Source: an uncultured Gammaproteobacteria bacterium
GTDB taxonomy: Bacteria; Patescibacteriota; Patescibacteriia; Patescibacteriales; UBA12465
Direction: 5' to 3'
Assembly: GCA_964587195.1 (NCBI GenBank)
Contig: CAZPKN010000003.1
Span: 1 to 61,277, forward strand
DNA length: 61,277 nucleotides
The translations under genes and the position numbers were made by a program. Below, piece by piece: positions 57,872 through 61,277 of this stretch (position 1 is its first letter; every line of letters begins with the position of its first letter). Under the pieces are notes generated by a model. That model ran no database searches, was not told the origin of the DNA, and saw nothing but the letters and a program-made list of their open reading frames with translations.

Positions 57872-59467
57872 ATGAAAAAGTTTAAAAACTACTTTTCCAA
57901 AATCTTCAAAACTAAAGCGGTATTAGCAATGTTGATTATTGGTCTCGCCATCTCTCCGACGGTTTTTGCTCAGTTTGCTCGTCAAACTGGAGGTCCCGAT
58001 TGGGGCTATGGTTACGGTTACGGTTACGGCTATGGCTACGGCTTTGACGGTGGCACTATTGCTGGTTATCGTACAACGGGAGCTGCATCTTCAACTTATG
58101 CTTATGGCTACGGCTATGGTTATAAAGCTGATGGTGTGACATATGATGCAAGTAATGGGTTTGAAGTTACGCCAGCTACTATGAGTAGTTTGGTCCAAGC
58201 AGGTATTATGATTCCTAGCGGATCAAACCCTTCTAATACTAGTGCAATTACTTTCGCGCAACAAGTCGCTCTTGCACCAGTAACTGGAGTTTCTGTTGTT
58301 ATTCCGCAAGGGGTTGTTATGACATCCAATTCTGGAAATTTTGATATGGCTGATTTAGCAGCTGGGGCAGCGAGTTTAACCGGCTTATCTACTGATGTTG
58401 ATCTTGCTGGTTCGCTTTCGTTTGGTGTGCCTAGTGTAGGGTTAACACTTAATCCAGCTATTCAAATTTCTATCGCAGTTGATTCTGCTTTAGAAGGTAA
58501 AACATTAAAAATTTACAGAAAGGATGCCGGCGGTTCATGGGTTGAAAGTCCTTCCGGAACAGATGCAACTTGTACTGTAACTAGTGGTGTTTGTACTTTT
58601 AGTACTACTCATCTATCATCTTTTGGTGCCGGTGATGTTTATACTTGGAATTATGGATCATATGGGTCTTGTAGCGTTTCTTGTGGTGGAGGAACACAAA
58701 CCAGAACTGCTACTTGTAAAAATTCTAGCGCTGAAACCGTAGCTAACTCTTTCTGTTCTGGAACAGCAGTAACATCTCAATCTTGCAATACTCAAGCTTG
58801 TAGCTCTGGCGGAGGAGGAGGCGCAATTGTTAATAATTGTAGCTCTGTCGTTTATGCAGATTGGGGTTCTTGTGTTAATGGTTTTCAATTTAGATCAGTT
58901 TTAAGTCAAACTCCAGCTGGTTGTTCATTAACTGCTCAACAGCAAATAGATTCTTCTAGAGCCTGTGTCTTAGGCGAAGAGCCTATCGTTGTTACCCCTC
59001 CAGTTGTTACTCCAGGTAGTTCTGAAGCTAGAGCTGATGTAAAACAAGTGATGAATAATGAAAGATCATTAGTTTCTAAGATTAATACCGCTCTAACTAA
59101 TCGCTTAGCTGGTCGTATTTTGCTTCAGGTTGAAGAAAAAGGACAAGCTTGGTATATTGAGCCAGTTAGTAAGCAAAAACATTTCATGGGACGTCCAGCT
59201 GACGCCTTTGATATGATGCGTCGCTTTGGTCTTGGTATTAGTGAAGCTAATTTTTCTAAGTTCGAAAAATCAGGCGTTCCAGCTCGTTTTGCTGGTCGCA
59301 TATTCTTAAGAGTTAAAAGCAAAGGTGAAGCCTACTATATTAATCCAGTTGATATGAAAATGCATTACTTAGGTCGTCCAGCTGATGCCTTTAACTTAAT
59401 GAGAAGTAAAGCTTTGGGAATTTCTAACGCAAATATCAGACAAATCCCAGTGGGTGAAGTTAAATAA
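57872..59467 (+). CDS. Secreted surface protein with (GY)n tracts, a TSP1 repeat and a duplicated C-terminal domain
   Basis: Signal peptide; WGYGYGYGYGYGYG; WNYGSYGSCSVSCGGGTQTRTATC; two copies of (RL/RF)AGRI(L/F)L.V..KG.A(W/Y)YI.PV. Confidence 0.85.
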   Translation: MKKFKNYFSKIFKTKAVLAMLIIGLAISPTVFAQFARQTGGPDWGYGYGYGYGYGYGFDGGTIAGYRTTGAASSTYAYGYGYGYKADGVTYDASNGFEVTPATMSSLVQAGIMIPSGSNPSNTSAITFAQQVALAPVTGVSVVIPQGVVMTSNSGNFDMADLAAGAASLTGLSTDVDLAGSLSFGVPSVGLTLNPAIQISIAVDSALEGKTLKIYRKDAGGSWVESPSGTDATCTVTSGVCTFSTTHLSSFGAGDVYTWNYGSYGSCSVSCGGGTQTRTATCKNSSAETVANSFCSGTAVTSQSCNTQACSSGGGGGAIVNNCSSVVYADWGSCVNGFQFRSVLSQTPAGCSLTAQQQIDSSRACVLGEEPIVVTPPVVTPGSSEARADVKQVMNNERSLVSKINTALTNRLAGRILLQVEEKGQAWYIEPVSKQKHFMGRPADAFDMMRRFGLGISEANFSKFEKSGVPARFAGRIFLRVKSKGEAYYINPVDMKMHYLGRPADAFNLMRSKALGISNANIRQIPVGEVK

Positions 59468-59491
59468 TCTAGTTATAAAATAGAATATTAC

Positions 59492-59518
59492 AAAAGACCT
59501 GTGTTTACAGGTCTTTTT
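59492..59518. terminator. Bidirectional terminator, copy 2
   Basis: AAAAGACCTGT-GTTT-ACAGGTCTTTT, differing from 45952-45976 by one loop base. Confidence 0.8.
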
Positions 59519-59579
59519 GTATATTAGAGTGTAGTTAAAAATATTATTATAATAGTGTTTAGGATTGAGGCCTTATATT

Positions 59580-59628
59580 TTAACTATTATTAGCCACACT
59601 AGTTCGAACTTTGTCCACGACCCCGAGC
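59580..59628 (-). other. Inferred attR P-arm encoding the alternative recombinase C-terminus
   Basis: Minus strand reads LGVVDKVRTSVANNS* in frame from the shared GAGC; contains GTTCGAA. Confidence 0.6.
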
Positions 59629-59667
59629 TAATAAAAAAATGGCTAATTTTAGCCATTTTTTTATTAG
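59628..59667. terminator. Long A/T-rich hairpin, probable original tRNA terminator (B' arm)
   Basis: CTAATAAAAAAATGGCTA-ATTT-TAGCCATTTTTTTATTAG, perfect 18-bp stem. Confidence 0.65.
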
Positions 59668-59670
59668 TTT

Positions 59671-59823
59671 GTGGGTAAGAATGAGAACCCTCGGGTTCGC
59701 ACTGCCGAGGATAGCGAGGAATCGCCAGCCTGCCTGCCGGTAGGCGGGCTTGCTGGCAGTTCCGAGCGGCGCAGGCAGAATAGGGCGGCTTTGCCGCCCT
59801 ATAATCCCACCCCGGGAGCCAAC
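59671..59823 (+). repeat. tRNA-Asn 3' fragment with a T loop interrupted by GC-rich hairpins
   Basis: GTGGGT / GGGTTCG ... AATCCCACCCCGGGAGCCAAC; includes the 20-nt palindromic unit at 59729-59748. Confidence 0.7.
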
Positions 59824-59879
59824 AAATTTTTTGTGCTGTAGACCGACATATTTGTAATAATATTAGCCAAAAAACAAAG

Positions 59880-59906
59880 AAACTCAGTTTACGCTGAGTT
59901 TTTTTG
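59880..59906. terminator. Intrinsic terminator
   Basis: AAACTCAG / CTGAGTTT stem followed by a T run. Confidence 0.7.
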
Positions 59907-60024
59907 TTGGAGTCAAACGAGTGAAAATAGGCGTAAATAAAGAAGTTCTTTGGTTCTAATCCGATTCTTAGTTTTTACTCTATATGTTTTGGTGTATAAT
60001 TAAATTGAAAATAAAGTATAAATT

Positions 60025-61277
60025 ATGATTGAAGAAATAAATTGGAATAATTTCAAAGCAAAATTCAACGGTCGCGAGCAGGTAGCTTTTGAGCGGCTTT
60101 GCTATCTTTTGTTCTGTAAAGAGCATAACAAGGATTTGGGGATATTTCGTTTTAAAAACCATGCAGGAATCGAGACGAACCCAGTAGAGAAGGATGGGAA
60201 GGTTATAGGATGGCAAGCAAAATTTTATGATACCCGCCTTTCAGAACATAAGGACGATTTCATCCAATCGATTGATACGACCAATACAAGACACCCAGAG
60301 GTGAACAAGATCATTTTTTATACTAATCAAGAATTCGGACAAGATAAGGAAAAAACCGATCCTCAATATAAGATCAAAACAGAAAACTACGCGAAAGAAA
60401 AAGGAATAGAAGTCGAATGGAGAACAGGAAGCTATTTTGAGTCGCCCTTCGTTTGCGAACATAATTTCAGCATAGCCCAGCATTTTTTTAGTCTAAAGAA
60501 AGGCATCCTCGATTCAATCACTGAATTGGCTCTTTATACAGAGTCTATTTTGAAGGCCATTCGAACGGCAATTACATATGATGGTAAGACTATAAAGTTG
60601 GATAGATCTCAAATAACAAAAGACATATCCGATGTGGCTGATAGTGGCTTGCCGGTGATTTTGAGTGGAGGCGCTGGGGTTGGCAAGACAGCGGTAATTA
60701 AAGATTTTTACGAAGCTATAAAAGACCATTCATCACTATTCGTGTTCAAGGCAACGCAGTTCAGGAATATCACTCATATCAATCAGTTGTTCAAAGATTA
60801 TGGCGAGATTACCGCGACGGATTTCATTAGTGAGCACAAAGACATCAAGATCAAATTTATAGTAATTGATTCAGCCGAGCGTCTTGCTGAAATCGAAGAC
60901 CAAGATGTTTTCAGGATGTTCCTCTCCTCTTTAATTGAAAACGGCTGGACCATAATTTTTACGGTGCGTTACAGCTATCTTGATGATCTTCGCTTTCAGT
61001 TGAAAGAGGTATATGGAATCGGCTTTACTTCTCTTAACATACCAGACCTGACCCGAGAAGAGGTTGAAAAGATTGCCACCGACAATAGTTTTGAGTTGCC
61101 TAAAAATGAAAGATTAGCCGCGTTGCTGGGGATCCCTATCTATCTCAATGAATATTTGCAAAATTACACTAGTGTCGGAGAAAACGCGAGCTATGGAGAT
61201 TTCCGCGAGATTATATGGAAAAAGCAAATTCAAGATTCCACGAAGCAGTCAGAAAATATACATAGGCGCAGAGAAGA
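60025..61277 (+). CDS. avs4: AVAST type 4-like anti-phage STAND NTPase with N-terminal nuclease; partial, not in ORF track
   Basis: Open frame from ATG 60025 to the window end: NWNNFKAKF...FERLCYLLFC...GIETNPV...GWQAKFY nuclease region; GGAGVGKT Walker A at 60667-60690; IVIDSAE Walker B. Confidence 0.75.
   Translation, partial: MIEEINWNNFKAKFNGREQVAFERLCYLLFCKEHNKDLGIFRFKNHAGIETNPVEKDGKVIGWQAKFYDTRLSEHKDDFIQSIDTTNTRHPEVNKIIFYTNQEFGQDKEKTDPQYKIKTENYAKEKGIEVEWRTGSYFESPFVCEHNFSIAQHFFSLKKGILDSITELALYTESILKAIRTAITYDGKTIKLDRSQITKDISDVADSGLPVILSGGAGVGKTAVIKDFYEAIKDHSSLFVFKATQFRNITHINQLFKDYGEITATDFISEHKDIKIKFIVIDSAERLAEIEDQDVFRMFLSSLIENGWTIIFTVRYSYLDDLRFQLKEVYGIGFTSLNIPDLTREEVEKIATDNSFELPKNERLAALLGIPIYLNEYLQNYTSVGENASYGDFREIIWKKQIQDSTKQSENIHRRRE

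Larger units (their letters stand above)
38051..59628. mobile_element. Integrated filamentous-phage (inovirus-like) element with glycosylation cargo
   Basis: Serine recombinase at the tRNA end, HUH Rep, Zot-like ATPase, coat genes in Ff order, XRE, AT-rich cargo; right end inferred at GAGC 59625-59628 (alternative 59823). Confidence 0.85.

Noticed and set aside
58004-58123. CRISPR array or DNA microsatellite
   Set aside because: These are coding Gly-Tyr repeats with mixed synonymous codons and no spacers; I saw no repeat-spacer array or cas gene in the window
59803-59823. 21-bp tRNA repeat as the sole attR of the phage
   Set aside because: Not excluded, but ranked second: the GAGC site at 59625-59628 also explains the in-frame integrase tail, the 5-bp motif shift and the downstream terminator hairpin
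59980-60729. Minus-strand ORFs at the window end
   Set aside because: Antisense shadows of the long plus-strand Avs4-like frame
1-61277. Alternative genetic code (UGA = Gly, as in Gracilibacteria/Absconditabacteria)
   Set aside because: RF2 with an SPF motif is present and conserved genes are full length under the standard code

Overview
This window looks like a Patescibacteria (CPR, Parcubacteria-like) chromosome; the assignment is inferred from the missing uL30, AT-rich SD-poor starts and a CPR-type surface-protein domain. Bases 1-37.6 kb are core genes: the end of the alpha operon, rplM-rpsI, prfB, comEC, the str/S10/spc operons, secY, map, recO, aspS/asnS, scpAB and dnaG-rpoD. From 37.7 kb a tRNA-Asn gene acts as an insertion hotspot. 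(1) A 293-bp GIY-YIG plus palindrome cassette sits in the tRNA 5' end between 12-bp direct repeats. (2) A ~21.6-kb element (38051-59628) is integrated at the tRNA 3' end. It holds a complete-looking filamentous-phage (inovirus-like) gene set: large serine recombinase, phiX174-A-type HUH Rep with a candidate origin, Zot-like pI, pVI, pIII, major coat, tiny pVII/pIX-like genes and pV. It also carries ~13.5 kb of cargo: an XRE repressor, a lipid-linked uronic-acid glycosylation pathway, two GT-C enzymes and a TSP1/(GY)n surface protein. (3) A hairpin-rich tRNA-fragment cassette follows, and (4) an Avs4-like defence gene runs off the window end. Several key genes and sites are absent from the supplied ORF track and were read by hand. 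All family assignments come from motif recognition, not database searches.
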